In this document: piece by piece, positions 37,853-48,251 of the stretch
How positions within the stretch are numbered: position 1 is the first letter of the stretch
How the letters are laid out: each line of letters begins with the position of its first letter
Assembly: GCA_965116925.1 (NCBI GenBank)
Contig: OZ220744.1
Span: forward strand, 1,280,001 to 1,344,000
Length of the DNA: 64,000 bases
Direction of reading: 5' to 3'
Origin: Candidatus Poribacteria bacterium
Lineage (GTDB): Bacteria > Poribacteria > WGA-4E > PCPOR2b
Program-made: the position numbers and the translations under genes
Notes under the pieces: model-generated
Database searches by the model: none
What the model was told of the DNA's origin: nothing
The model's input: the letters and a program-made list of their open reading frames with translations, nothing else

Positions 37853-38567
37853 CTGTCAACTCCAACGCCTCAAGTTGCTGCGAGTTAATTTTCTGAAGAC
37901 GCACCCGGCCCGCTGCGTTTTCGACCGTTATGGACATCGCTTTACCGCGCCCATCTTGAATATATAGCACTGTGTCCTCCGACGAGCCCGTTGGAGAAAA
38001 GTAGATATAATCCACACCGGTATCTATTTGAATAGTCTGAAAATTATGATTCGTTATCATGCGTGCTAAACTCACATTATGCCCCGGTTTCTGTGGTATT
38101 CCAAGGATTGCATTTGTTCGTGAAGGGGGTGGTTGCTGCAATACTGCCATTCCTTGATCTGCGGTTGGTTGTTGAGCGGGTAGCGAACTTGGGGGACTCG
38201 CGGTTACAGGCGTGGACAGGGCTCCGAGATTGAAAGTTTCGTTAGAGGCAAGCCAGTAGCGGTTTGTCGTCAAATCAAACACAACGAGGTAAGCTGCCCG
38301 CTCAGTAATTGCCATATCACGCGCAAAATTGAGCATATCTCGGATGGCATGGGCGGTGGATTTCAAGCGCGTCGATGCGGCGAAGCCGCGTAGAGAGGGC
38401 ATCGCAATAGAGGAGAGAATTGCGATTAACGCAAGCACGATCATGACCTCGATTAGCGTAAACCCTTTCGAGGTCAGCAGATATAAACCTCTTTTACTAT
38501 GTAGGGTGCAACTATCGCATCGGGATGAACCCCTTTCTGAACACAAAATCCATCTGGGCAGGTGCAT
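37836..38567 (-). CDS. gspH: Minor pseudopilin GspH/FimT-like
   Basis: KG|FTLIEVMIV, FARDMAI and IYFSPTG motifs. Confidence 0.82.
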   Translation of the reverse strand: MHLPRWILCSERGSSRCDSCTLHSKRGLYLLTSKGFTLIEVMIVLALIAILSSIAMPSLRGFAASTRLKSTAHAIRDMLNFARDMAITERAAYLVVFDLTTNRYWLASNETFNLGALSTPVTASPPSSLPAQQPTADQGMAVLQQPPPSRTNAILGIPQKPGHNVSLARMITNHNFQTIQIDTGVDYIYFSPTGSSEDTVLYIQDGRGKAMSITVENAAGRVRLQKINSQQLEALELTDEPPE

Positions 38568-38634
38568 GTCTTTACCTTACGGGGTGAGACAAATGTTTGA
38601 TGCAATAAAGAACAGCAATGGGCGTTAATTTACC

Positions 38635-39084
38635 TCACTGATCTATCGCCTGAATCCAGTTTGTGATGTCAGCGTTGAAGTCTGTGCCTCCTTCCTTGCC
38701 ATCCTTACCAAACGAGTAGAGGTCGTAACTGTAACCTTCGTGAAGACCAGGATAGACATAGATGTAATTGTTGCCCCATGGATCTGTGAAAATTGGCTTG
38801 TTAATATAAGGACCGCTCCAATTTTCGGGTGGCGGGTTGGGTATTTGCCACAGTGCCTGTAAATTCTGTTCCACCGTTGGATAGTCCCCGACCTCTATCG
38901 CATACATTTCTAACGCGGTTTCCAAAGCACTAATGTCCATCTTGGTCGTAGCGACCTTTGCCTTATCCGGTGCATTCAAGACCCGTGGGGCAATAAAACT
39001 TGCCAACAGACCGAGAATAACGACAACAATCATAATTTCAATAAGTGTCAGACCTGATTCATCTGATTTTAACCGTTTGAACAC
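38635..39084 (-). CDS. gspG: Major pseudopilin GspG
   Basis: G|LTLIEIMIVV, YPT..Q.L, W.GPY, DPWG..Y.Y and SFGKDG..GG...DITNW motifs. Confidence 0.95.
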   Translation of the reverse strand: MFKRLKSDESGLTLIEIMIVVVILGLLASFIAPRVLNAPDKAKVATTKMDISALETALEMYAIEVGDYPTVEQNLQALWQIPNPPPENWSGPYINKPIFTDPWGNNYIYVYPGLHEGYSYDLYSFGKDGKEGGTDFNADITNWIQAIDQ

Positions 39085-39120
39085 GTTTTGCCTCCTATGC
39101 TGATAGCGATAAGATGACGG

Positions 39121-40344
39121 CTATCCACCGAGTGCTGTGCTGGCTTCAAAGATTGGAAGTATCATTGCGACTGCAATAAATCCAATCAGTAACCCCATCA
39201 ATAAAATCACTAACGGACCAATTGAGTTGGTAAGCCGTTCTAGGTTTTTCTTGATTTCCAAATCGTAATATACTGATAGTTTCGTCAGCATCTGTTCAGG
39301 GTCACCGGATTCCTCACCAATCGCGACCATGTGAGTCAGTAGCGGCGGGAAGACAGCACTTCTCTCCAACTCTCGTGACAAAGTCGATCCCCGTTCTATT
39401 TCTTGTTCCGCACTTGCGACTGCATTTCCGTAAACCAAATTACCCATGGTATCCTTGACAACACGAAGTGCCGGCAGCAATATAACGCCATTCTCAAGCA
39501 GTGTTGCCATTGTTCGCGTAAACCGTACCAGCGCAAAGTTGCTAAAGATTACCCCAATGACTGGAAGCTTGAGTTTTACGCGATCAAAAGTCAGTCGTCC
39601 ACTTTCCGTCCGAATATATTGCCTGAGCACCGCTACACCGCCAATTACTGCAATTGAGATTATCCACCAGTAAACACTCAAGAAGTCGGTAATACCGATA
39701 AGAAACCGCGTCGGACCAGGTAATGCTACATCCAACTCAGCGAACATACCGGTGAATTTGGGGATAACAAAGGTCATCAAGACCGCTACCGCACCGATGC
39801 TTAACGCTAACAGAATTGCGGGGTAGAATAGTGCAGAGGTCACTTCAGTTTTAAGAATCCGTTGTCTTTCAGCAAACTCAGCGAGACGTTCCAAAACGAC
39901 ACCGAGAACACCGCCCGCTTCGCCCGCTCTTACCATATTGACATACAAATCAGAAAACACCTTCGGATGCTGTGCGAGCGCATCGTTGAGCGGTGAGCCG
40001 TGTTCGACATCATATTTGACCTGTTCGACTACCCGCTTGAGTTCGACGCTCGTAATCTGTTCGAGGGTCACCCCCAGAGAGCGGGATAATGGAACATGGG
40101 CGTTAATCAACGTTGCCATCTGATAGGTGAAGAACTCAACCTCTGCCGGCTTAATCCGAGCGGACAAGAAGGGAATCTGAATCCCTTTTCGATCTTCAGT
40201 TTCCGCGCTATCCTCGACGATACTTGTGGGCCAATATCCCATCACCTTCAGTTTAGACACAAGTTCAGCCTTACTGCTCGCCTCTTGTGTGTTGGTAACC
40301 ACCGCTCCTGTAGTCGTCAGTGCTTCGTAACGGAATCTTGGCAT
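39121..40344 (-). CDS. gspF: T2SS inner-membrane platform protein
   Basis: MPRFRYEA, VRAGEAGG, GEESG and AMILPIF motifs. Confidence 0.93.
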   Translation of the reverse strand: MPRFRYEALTTTGAVVTNTQEASSKAELVSKLKVMGYWPTSIVEDSAETEDRKGIQIPFLSARIKPAEVEFFTYQMATLINAHVPLSRSLGVTLEQITSVELKRVVEQVKYDVEHGSPLNDALAQHPKVFSDLYVNMVRAGEAGGVLGVVLERLAEFAERQRILKTEVTSALFYPAILLALSIGAVAVLMTFVIPKFTGMFAELDVALPGPTRFLIGITDFLSVYWWIISIAVIGGVAVLRQYIRTESGRLTFDRVKLKLPVIGVIFSNFALVRFTRTMATLLENGVILLPALRVVKDTMGNLVYGNAVASAEQEIERGSTLSRELERSAVFPPLLTHMVAIGEESGDPEQMLTKLSVYYDLEIKKNLERLTNSIGPLVILLMGLLIGFIAVAMILPIFEASTALGG

Positions 40345-40403
40345 TAGAAACTCTCTCTTGCAATACGTAATCCTTTTACGCATTACGTTTCACGTTTCAG
40401 ACC

Positions 40404-42167
40404 TCATACCACTTCGCCGATGTCAAACTCATCCTCTTGTGTGAGCCGCACAATTTCCTCGATGGTTGTGTAGCCAGCGACCACTTTTCGCCAACCATCC
40501 TCCCGCAACGTTTTCATCCCCAGTCGCATTGCAGCACGTTTCAGTTGGCTAGCAGACGCGCTTTGAATGGTCATCTCGCGCAATTCCTCACTCATCAGGA
40601 TGACCTCAAAGAGGCCAATGCGTCCCTTATAACCACGACCTCGACACTCTTTGCAACCGACCGCACGAGGGATTAGCAGATCCGAAGTAATTATCCCAGC
40701 TTGACTGCCGAGCAAATCTTGGACACGCTCCGGTTCCGGCATATACATCTCATAGCAATGCGGACAAACCCGACGCGCAAGCCGTTGGGCAATAATCCCC
40801 TCTAGCGTTGAAGCAACTAAATACGGCTCTACCCCCATATCTACCAAGCGAGTAATCGCACTGGACGCGTCGTTTGTGTGTAGTGAGCTAAAGACAAGGT
40901 GCCCTGTCAAAGAGGTATGGATCCCCATCTCTGCTGTTTCATAGTCTCGGATTTCACCGACTAGCACTTTATCCGGGTCTTGACGGAGGATGTGTCTCAA
41001 CCCCGCTGCGAAGGTCACATTTATGTCTGGGTTCACCTGAATCTGGTTTATCCCTTCCAATTCATACTCAACCGGATCTTCTATCGTGATAATCTTGACC
41101 TCCGGGGTATTGATCTCCTTCAAACAGGCATACAGTGTTGTCGTTTTGCCGCTGCCCGTTGGTCCCGTTGCCAAGATAATACCGTGCGGTTTCTGAATCA
41201 TACGGAAAAACTGATCTAGATTATCCTCCAACAAGCCGAGCTGCTCTAAACCGAATGAGATGGATTGCCTGTCAAGGATTCGCAGGACGACACTTTCGCC
41301 ATGCACTGTGGGCACGGTCGAAACACGCAAGTCGATCTGGCGGTTGCCAACGCTCTGAACGGTCACGCCGATCTTTCCGTCTAAGGGACGACGCCGTTCC
41401 GCCACGTTCATACTTGCCATGATCTTGATTCGGGAGGTAATTGCAGATTGGAGATGGGGAGGTGGGTTGGGCTGGTCTTCTAAAACACCGTCAATGCGGT
41501 AACGAATTTTGAGCTCTCCGGGGAAGGGTTCTATATGAATATCACTGGCACCGAGACGAACCGCGTCAATAATAATCTGATCTACGGCATTGATAACCGT
41601 CGGATCTTGGCTCAAGTCCTGCTCGCTGATGCCGAAATCGTCGATCGTTTCGCGTTCAAGCGTGGCGACAGCGCCAACGGGGCCCTTGATTCCTTCGCTG
41701 AGTATGGCGGCGGCGGTCTTGCCGTAGGCACGGATAATGGCTGCTTCGATGTCCCCTTCGTCCGCGAGCACCGGTTCAATTTCGCATTCCGTAACCAACC
41801 GCATCTCATCAATCAATCGAACATCCAACGCATCCGCCATTGCGACCGTAAGTATTCCTTCACTCAGGCGAATTGGCAGGACCTTGTTCCGGTAAGCGAA
41901 ACTCGCTGAAACACGCTCAGTGACTTCATTCTCCGGAGTAACATCTTCAAGCAGAGTGCACGGTACACCGTACTCAAGGGCCTGTTTGGCGAGCGCAAGA
42001 GACTTGGCGTCCACAAACTTTGAGAGTGCTTGGGTATGGGTAACACCTGTTGTTTCGACTTCCTCAAGAACCTGCTGATGTTCATCTTCGGAGATTATAT
42101 CTGAATCCAGCATCAGTTGTACTAATGATTTCCCCACCGCATTGTGCATTGTTTGATACCCCTTCAT
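40404..42167 (-). CDS. gspE: T2SS ATPase
   Basis: ASDIHIEP, GPTGSGKTTTLY, EDPVE, LRQDPD and LHTND motifs; two CxxC. Confidence 0.95.
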   Translation of the reverse strand: MKGYQTMHNAVGKSLVQLMLDSDIISEDEHQQVLEEVETTGVTHTQALSKFVDAKSLALAKQALEYGVPCTLLEDVTPENEVTERVSASFAYRNKVLPIRLSEGILTVAMADALDVRLIDEMRLVTECEIEPVLADEGDIEAAIIRAYGKTAAAILSEGIKGPVGAVATLERETIDDFGISEQDLSQDPTVINAVDQIIIDAVRLGASDIHIEPFPGELKIRYRIDGVLEDQPNPPPHLQSAITSRIKIMASMNVAERRRPLDGKIGVTVQSVGNRQIDLRVSTVPTVHGESVVLRILDRQSISFGLEQLGLLEDNLDQFFRMIQKPHGIILATGPTGSGKTTTLYACLKEINTPEVKIITIEDPVEYELEGINQIQVNPDINVTFAAGLRHILRQDPDKVLVGEIRDYETAEMGIHTSLTGHLVFSSLHTNDASSAITRLVDMGVEPYLVASTLEGIIAQRLARRVCPHCYEMYMPEPERVQDLLGSQAGIITSDLLIPRAVGCKECRGRGYKGRIGLFEVILMSEELREMTIQSASASQLKRAAMRLGMKTLREDGWRKVVAGYTTIEEIVRLTQEDEFDIGEVV

Positions 42168-42294
42168 CCTCCCAGCTTTCTACTGGAAAGTTGTTGTGTG
42201 CATAGGTAGACGCAGAGGGGTGGGTGAGGTTTAGAGATCTAATGACTATAAGCCTCTCTTAATACAATCGTAATAAAAATTCAATTTTTCTGGT

Positions 42295-42984
42295 TCAATT
42301 CTCCGACTCCAAAAACTTCGTGAGTTCCTGAAGGGTTGTAAGTCGAACATCGACGATTGACGCATCGGGACACGCCTTGTCTTCCGCACCGACTAGCCAA
42401 GCAGTCCACATCCCCACCCCCTTTGCGCCAACCACGTCGTCGGAATATGTATCTCCGACATAGATTGCCTCTTCAGGGGAGGTACTTATTCCTGTCAATG
42501 CCGCGTGGAATATGCCCGCCTCCGGTTTCGATACGCCAACAACGGTTGAATCGACTACTATATCAAGTAAGGGTGAGAGGTTATACTCGTCACACCACCC
42601 TCGTGTGTTTCCGAAATTGTTGCTGATAACGCCGAGCCGGTATTGTTCTCGAAGGGGTGCGAGCCATCCCCGGTTTCGGTCAAGGTGTTCCTTCGCACCT
42701 TCGCAGAAAAAGTCAACATACCGGTCTTTGACCTGTGGATCTAAACCGAGGGCTTCGTAAATGCCGGTAGCGATGACATCCATCGTTTCGCGCAGTGAGA
42801 GTTGGGGACCGCTCCCACCTTTAATAAGTTTGTCAACAGCGGCACGATCCACCCGATCAAACGTTTCCCGGTCAACTTCTGGATACGCCTGCTGGAGGAA
42901 GCGGTATGTTCGATCTCGCCAATGGACGCCATTGCCATCAAGTGTGCCGCCAAAATCGAACAACAAGGCACGAATTTTCGTCAT
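42295..42984 (-). CDS. HAD-superfamily hydrolase
   Basis: FDFGGTL, ISN, KP and VGD...D motifs. Confidence 0.9.
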   Translation of the reverse strand: MTKIRALLFDFGGTLDGNGVHWRDRTYRFLQQAYPEVDRETFDRVDRAAVDKLIKGGSGPQLSLRETMDVIATGIYEALGLDPQVKDRYVDFFCEGAKEHLDRNRGWLAPLREQYRLGVISNNFGNTRGWCDEYNLSPLLDIVVDSTVVGVSKPEAGIFHAALTGISTSPEEAIYVGDTYSDDVVGAKGVGMWTAWLVGAEDKACPDASIVDVRLTTLQELTKFLESEN

Positions 42985-43204
42985 TGCTCAAAACCTCATA
43001 GTAATAGGCATACTCCGTATGCCGTAACCTCTATTGACTTAACGCAAATTACTAGGGCATGTTAGCAGTTTGTTATCCCCAAGCGAGCTACTAAAAGTAG
43101 GTCGAGATTCACATCTCGACAAAATGCTGTGAGTTATCGTGGGTACAGGTTTCCTAACCTGTACACGCTTATGGAACCCTGAATCCACGCTTCACGCATC
43201 AGTC

Positions 43205-44839
43205 TCATCCTCTACGCAGAGGATCCGTCTGCAGCCAACCGATCATACCAATAATCTCATCCTGCCGATCTTCCATTGATACTTCGATAAGAGCAGGTCG
43301 GTCTGCGGCGAGTGCGTCTTGTAGTACGCCCTTGAAGTCTGCTAGTTCATCAACCCGCACAGCATAAGCCCCGAAGGATTTGGCAAACTGAATGAAATCC
43401 GGGTTGCTCAAGTCGGTATCAATGGTACGTCCATTACAGCCCTTCTGCTGCGATCCTTTGATCGCGCTCAATGCGCCATCGTTCACAACGATCGTTACAA
43501 CGTTGATACCGTACATCATCGCGGTAGCTAATTCAGGGGAGCCCATCATGAATCCGCCATCTCCACTGAAGCACACAACTGGCTTGTCCGGATTCGCGAC
43601 CTTTGCACCGAGTGCCGCAGGGAAAGCATATCCGAGCGCAACACCGATATTCGGATAGAGAAAGGTTTTCGGATCTAACACCGGATACTCAGCGAACGAA
43701 GCATAGCCAATGCCATGAACATCAACCGAGAGGATTCCATCATCTGGAAGCACCTCTCGTATCTCCGGCAACAGGGGTAGGGGTGGTTGAGCAGCAAATC
43801 TTTCCCGAATTCGCTCCAACGGCTGCGTCCATGAATCTTTGCTTCCATCGACTTCTTCAATCAACGCTTGCAGAGTCAATTTAAGATCGCCGACTACACC
43901 AAAATCACACGGATACTCTCTCCCAATTTCCCCTTCGTCCTCATCCAGCTGAATCAGTGGACGTGGCGGTTGGAGACTCCAAGTCCGTGTATCAATTGAT
44001 GTGAAACGGGGACCGATGGCAAGCGTACAATCCGCAATCTGCATCGCCTGATAACCCGGATAACCGTAAACAATCTGCAACGCGAGTGGATGATCTTCGG
44101 GCAAAGCACCCTTTGCACATCGCGCCACAACAACCGGAGCGTTGAGCTTCTCAGCGAGTTGCTGCAACTCCTCACGGGCATCAGAATGAATGACCGCCGA
44201 TCCCGCAAACAGGACCGGTCTCTCTGCTATTCTGAGAGCCTCTGCTGCAGATTGGAGGTCAGCAGAATTAGGGACAGCAGCCGGCTGTCTTTCGACGCGC
44301 GGCGGGATGGAAACTTCTCCCTCCCCGGTAACCACATCCATCGGAAATTCCAACACGACAGGTCCGGGCCGTCCCGACCGCATAGCGCGGAACGCGTTTT
44401 CGACAACTTTGGGTATATCTTCTATCGTCTGCGCGATTGCACAATACTTCGTGACCGATTCAAAGAAACTCATCTGATCCAAGCCGTGAAACATCTTGCT
44501 CGGATCTCGTGCGTAAAATTCGGAGTCGCTTTGCCCAGTGATTAGCAACACAGGCACACAATCTGTGAATGCCTCCAAAATCCCTGTCGATGCGTTGCTC
44601 GCACCGGGTCCCGGAACCGTCAGCGCGACACCGACCTCCCCGGTAGAACGCGCGTAGCCATCCGCCATCTGCGTCGAAGCATATTCATGGCGGACGAGAT
44701 AATGATCAATAGCACCTACTCCACGACGAAGAAGCGAGTCGTAAATCTGTATGTTCTGTGTTCCAGGCATACCAAAAACGCAACGTACCCCTTGTTCTTT
44801 CAAACACTCAATAAGAATATCTCCACCTTGCATAGGCAT
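43205..44839 (-). CDS. Thiamine-diphosphate enzyme (acetolactate synthase large-subunit-like)
   Basis: FGMPG, RHE, ADGYAR, GPG and GDGG...ND motifs. Confidence 0.92.
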   Translation of the reverse strand: MPMQGGDILIECLKEQGVRCVFGMPGTQNIQIYDSLLRRGVGAIDHYLVRHEYASTQMADGYARSTGEVGVALTVPGPGASNASTGILEAFTDCVPVLLITGQSDSEFYARDPSKMFHGLDQMSFFESVTKYCAIAQTIEDIPKVVENAFRAMRSGRPGPVVLEFPMDVVTGEGEVSIPPRVERQPAAVPNSADLQSAAEALRIAERPVLFAGSAVIHSDAREELQQLAEKLNAPVVVARCAKGALPEDHPLALQIVYGYPGYQAMQIADCTLAIGPRFTSIDTRTWSLQPPRPLIQLDEDEGEIGREYPCDFGVVGDLKLTLQALIEEVDGSKDSWTQPLERIRERFAAQPPLPLLPEIREVLPDDGILSVDVHGIGYASFAEYPVLDPKTFLYPNIGVALGYAFPAALGAKVANPDKPVVCFSGDGGFMMGSPELATAMMYGINVVTIVVNDGALSAIKGSQQKGCNGRTIDTDLSNPDFIQFAKSFGAYAVRVDELADFKGVLQDALAADRPALIEVSMEDRQDEIIGMIGWLQTDPLRRG

Positions 44840-44877
44840 ATTCTCCTTATGTTAATCCAAGTTGCCAGCCAATAAAC

Positions 44878-45234
44878 TATAGTGATAGGAGTTACGCACT
44901 TCAGTTTGTAGTAGCGCAATTCATTGCGCGTTCTTCCCTCCCCTTGCTTGCGGGGGATAGAGGGGGGACGGGCGATGAATCACCGAACTACAAGGCTTTG
45001 ACCATTCAGCTGCGTAAGTCCTAAGTGAATTCAAAAAATAAATAGACATTGTTTGGTAGGCGCTGTTTCCAACTGCGCCGATTTGGAGTGTCTCACACTT
45101 TCGCTCCTCATCTGGTAGGCGCTGTTTCCAACTGCGCCGATTTGGAGTGTCTCACACTTTCGCTCCTCATCTGGTAGGCGCTGTTTCCAACTGCGCCGAT
45201 TTGGAGTGTCTCGTTAATTCTAAAATCTACTATA
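44878..45234. mobile_element. Family A MITE with internal 59-bp tandem amplification and nested family E element (44886-45023)
   Basis: AGTGA duplicated at 44881-44885 and 45024-45028; repeat units start at 45055, 45114 and 45173. Confidence 0.85.
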
Positions 45235-45784
45235 AGCACAAGGAACCGGTGCAATAGTCAGGAATTAAAATTCCCTCCTACAAAAAACGGACTGTAGGGG
45301 GCGTACCCTCCGAATCGCGACTAGCTTGACCTGTTTTCACGTTTTACGTTTCACGCTTCACTTTTAATGATGACTTCAAGAATTGCTATTATAACCTATC
45401 TTTGAAAAGAAATCTATGCTTTCGTTAGGGGCATTTAGTTTTTGGTTTTTGACTGATTTTGGAATGACTCGAACCCGGTAGGCGGGGCATCTGGTCTCCC
45501 CGCCGTTTGTCGTAGCGCGTTCATTGTGCTTTCTTTTACCAGTTGAACGTCAGCGAAATCTGCGGCCCTATCCGCTCTCAGAACTGAGGTACGTGTTTAA
45601 CTGCGTTCATGTAGTCAAGGGGCGATCGGCATGAACTAACTCAATAAGGTTACGGAATTCCGTGACTATTTCAAATTTAGAATTGACCGATTGATTCGCA
45701 AACTTTGTTTAATCCCAGTATTGATGCGGGATGAAGCGGAAAAAGGTTACGGGCTTTGCAGACAGCCATCTGTCAGATTTTTTG

Positions 45785-45813
45785 TTGCAAATAATCTCGA
45801 TCTGATATATAAT
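45785..45813 (+). promoter_or_regulatory. Sigma70-type promoter of nuo operon
   Basis: TTGCAA-17bp-TATAAT. Confidence 0.7.
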
Positions 45814-45893
45814 AAATATGCTTTGGGTGTAGGTGCTATTATTGTGTGGTTACATTGATTGCACGGTTTGGCACGTTTTTTTTAGCCTTCAGT

Positions 45894-45911
45894 TTGTGAG
45901 AAATTTCACAA
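45894..45911. promoter_or_regulatory. Rex-type operator
   Basis: TTGTGAG-AAAT-TTCACAA, 13/14 to TTGTGAA-N4-TTCACAA. Confidence 0.7.
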
Positions 45912-45973
45912 CCCCCTCGAAAGGATGAGGCAAATTTTCGACTTAACTATAAAGATACAATAGAATTTGCCCT

Positions 45974-46375
45974 GTGGAACAAATGCTTTTTAATTTCGCG
46001 AATGTATTGCTTTTTCTAGTTGTTGGGTGTCTGTTTGTCACACTTAATCTCGTCATGTCTCGCCTGCTCCAGACCCGACTTTTCACCGACGAAAAGTATA
46101 TGCCCTACGAGTGCGGTGAGGATCCTATTGGTGATACTCGCATTAAGTTTAATGCCCGGTTCTATGTCATTGCACTTATTTTCTTAATCTTTGATGTCGA
46201 GATTGTATTTCTATTTCCATGGGGCGTTGTTTTCCGTGAGATCGGGCTGCTCGCATTTGTCGAAATGCTGATTTTCATCTTTATACTGTTGGTCGGTCTC
46301 GCCTATGTGTGGGTAAAAGGGGACCTCCAATGGATCCGCTCGATTCAGTCTGTAAGGGAGGAAGTTGAACAATGA
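45974..46375 (+). CDS. nuoA: NADH-quinone oxidoreductase subunit A
   Basis: PYECG and FLIFDVE..FLFPW motifs. Confidence 0.96.
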   Translation: MEQMLFNFANVLLFLVVGCLFVTLNLVMSRLLQTRLFTDEKYMPYECGEDPIGDTRIKFNARFYVIALIFLIFDVEIVFLFPWGVVFREIGLLAFVEMLIFIFILLVGLAYVWVKGDLQWIRSIQSVREEVEQ

Positions 46376-46974
46376 TAATCGAGGAGAAGCTGGACAAGAA
46401 CATCATCGTTACCTCTATTGATGCTGTTGCCAATTGGGCGCGCGCATCCTCTTTATGGCCCATGACCTTTGGGCTCGCTTGCTGTGCCATTGAGTTCATG
46501 GCAACCGCTGCCTCAAATTATGATTTAGACCGCTTTGGTGCGGGAGTGCCACGCGCAACACCCCGTCAATCCGATCTGATCATTGTTTCGGGGACAGTCA
46601 CGCTAAAAATGGCGACCCGGATTAAACGGCTCTATGAACAGATGCCCGAACCGAAATATGTCATCTCTATGGGAAGTTGTGCCACGAGCGGTGGTCCCTA
46701 CTGGCAGCACGGTTATCACGTCCTTAAGGGCGTAGACCGAATTATTCCCGTTGATGTCTACGTTCCCGGTTGTCCGCCACGTCCAGAGGCTGTGCTTGAA
46801 GGCTTGATGAAGTTGCAGGAAAAAATTAAAACGCAGACGGTTGCAAAACGAACAAGTGTGCCTTTCCTGAAGAAACTCTTCACCAAGACAGACTTGGACA
46901 ATAATGCAGAGGCGATGGCTGAAGCCCAAGCAGCACAGGCAGAACACGAAGAAGAGGAAGAAGCCGCCGGTTAA
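46372..46974 (+). CDS. nuoB: NADH-quinone oxidoreductase subunit B
   Basis: FGLACCAIE and PGCPPRPE motifs. Confidence 0.97.
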   Translation: MIIEEKLDKNIIVTSIDAVANWARASSLWPMTFGLACCAIEFMATAASNYDLDRFGAGVPRATPRQSDLIIVSGTVTLKMATRIKRLYEQMPEPKYVISMGSCATSGGPYWQHGYHVLKGVDRIIPVDVYVPGCPPRPEAVLEGLMKLQEKIKTQTVAKRTSVPFLKKLFTKTDLDNNAEAMAEAQAAQAEHEEEEEAAG

Positions 46975-47394
46975 ATGTAGAAGGCTCATGTTAAGAAATC
47001 GTGCAATAGAAACCGATTCATGGTGACTTCTGCAAAACATACGCCAGAATTTAGACCTGTCAGTGCCCTGCCAAATCCCTGCCATTCGGCTTGGTTATGG
47101 TGCCATTTGAGTGAAAAACGGTTCATAAATACCGCGTATTTGGCAGGTCAAAAAGCCGTCTGGGCGCACCTTCTGTTGCGTGGTACAAATTTACAAACGC
47201 CCTGAAGCTAGGCCCCATCGGGGTTCAAAGAGACATCCGCCAAAGATGAACCCCCGATATGAGGTTGAATTTTTTTTGGACCTGCCAGTGCCCTGCCAAA
47301 TTGCCGAATCGTGTCGGTGGCGCATTGAAACGAAGGTGTAGGTTCCGTGTAGCGGCAGGGGTTGGATTTTACCGTTCAACTGCGTAAGTCCTAT

Positions 47395-47646
47395 TATAGT
47401 AAACACGAGAAATAAGGATACATTTACTAATAATTTCAACCGGCGCGCAATCTTCAAAGTCCCCCTGATAAGGGGGATTTAGGGGATTGGTTGTGTGTCG
47501 AGAGTGTCTCATTAATTCTAAAATCTACTATAGTTGATTATAGTGAATTCAAAAAATAAAGAAACACTTGCGCCCCCCATGTTTGGTAGGCGCTGTTTTC
47601 AACTGCGCCGATTTGGAATGTCTCATTAATTCTAAAATCTACTATA
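47395..47646. mobile_element. Two tandem family A MITEs (47395-47532, 47539-47646) with different cargo
   Basis: Both end ..TAAAATCTACTATA and are each followed by GTTGATTA. Confidence 0.8.
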
Positions 47647-47745
47647 GTTGATTAAATGAACCTAATGAACTAAAACAGGTTCAAATTTTAAGAAGGGGGA
47701 ATTGCAACGCTGTTGCTAGTTATCCAAAAGCGTTGATACTTTTCC

Positions 47746-48231
47746 GTGACACCACAAGAAATTTACGAAAACCTAAAAGATAAATTTGGAGAATCAATCG
47801 TCTCGTTTGAAGAAGACATTGCGGATCCCTTCATTATCATTGCCACCGAGTCGATTGCCGATGTCGCACAATACCTCACCGAAGATGAGGGATTGGCTTT
47901 CGATTTCTTGATGTGTTTGAGCGGAGTAGATCTCGGCGCGAAAGATCCCAACTATTACGTCGTATACCACCTATCCTCAATGACCCACCGACACAAGTTG
48001 GTCCTGAAAGTTGTCCTCCCCAAAGAAGATGACCCCCACGTTCCCACCGTTGAGCATATCTGGCGAACCGCCAACTGGCACGAGCGGGAGACATACGATC
48101 TGTTCGGGGTAATCTTTGATGGTCACAGTGATTTGCGACGAATCCTACTTCCAGACGATTGGGAAGGCTACCCGATGCGTAAGGACTATACAGAGCCTGA
48201 GTTCTATCGCGGGATGCGAGTGCCTTATTAA
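47746..48231 (+). CDS. nuoC: NADH-quinone oxidoreductase subunit C
   Basis: ANWHERETYDLFG..F.GH.DLRRIL motif. Confidence 0.96.
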   Translation: MTPQEIYENLKDKFGESIVSFEEDIADPFIIIATESIADVAQYLTEDEGLAFDFLMCLSGVDLGAKDPNYYVVYHLSSMTHRHKLVLKVVLPKEDDPHVPTVEHIWRTANWHERETYDLFGVIFDGHSDLRRILLPDDWEGYPMRKDYTEPEFYRGMRVPY

Positions 48232-48251
48232 TATTGCAGAGGAAATCCATC

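Noticed and set aside
45055..45212. CRISPR-like array
   Set aside because: The 'spacers' are identical, the unit is the core of MITE family A, and no cas genes are present.
45868..45887. Sigma54 promoter (TGGCACG) upstream of nuoA
   Set aside because: GG-to-GC spacing is 13 nt rather than 10.
47020..47457. Small ORFs between nuoB and nuoC
   Set aside because: They span repeat DNA and have no RBS or recognisable motifs.
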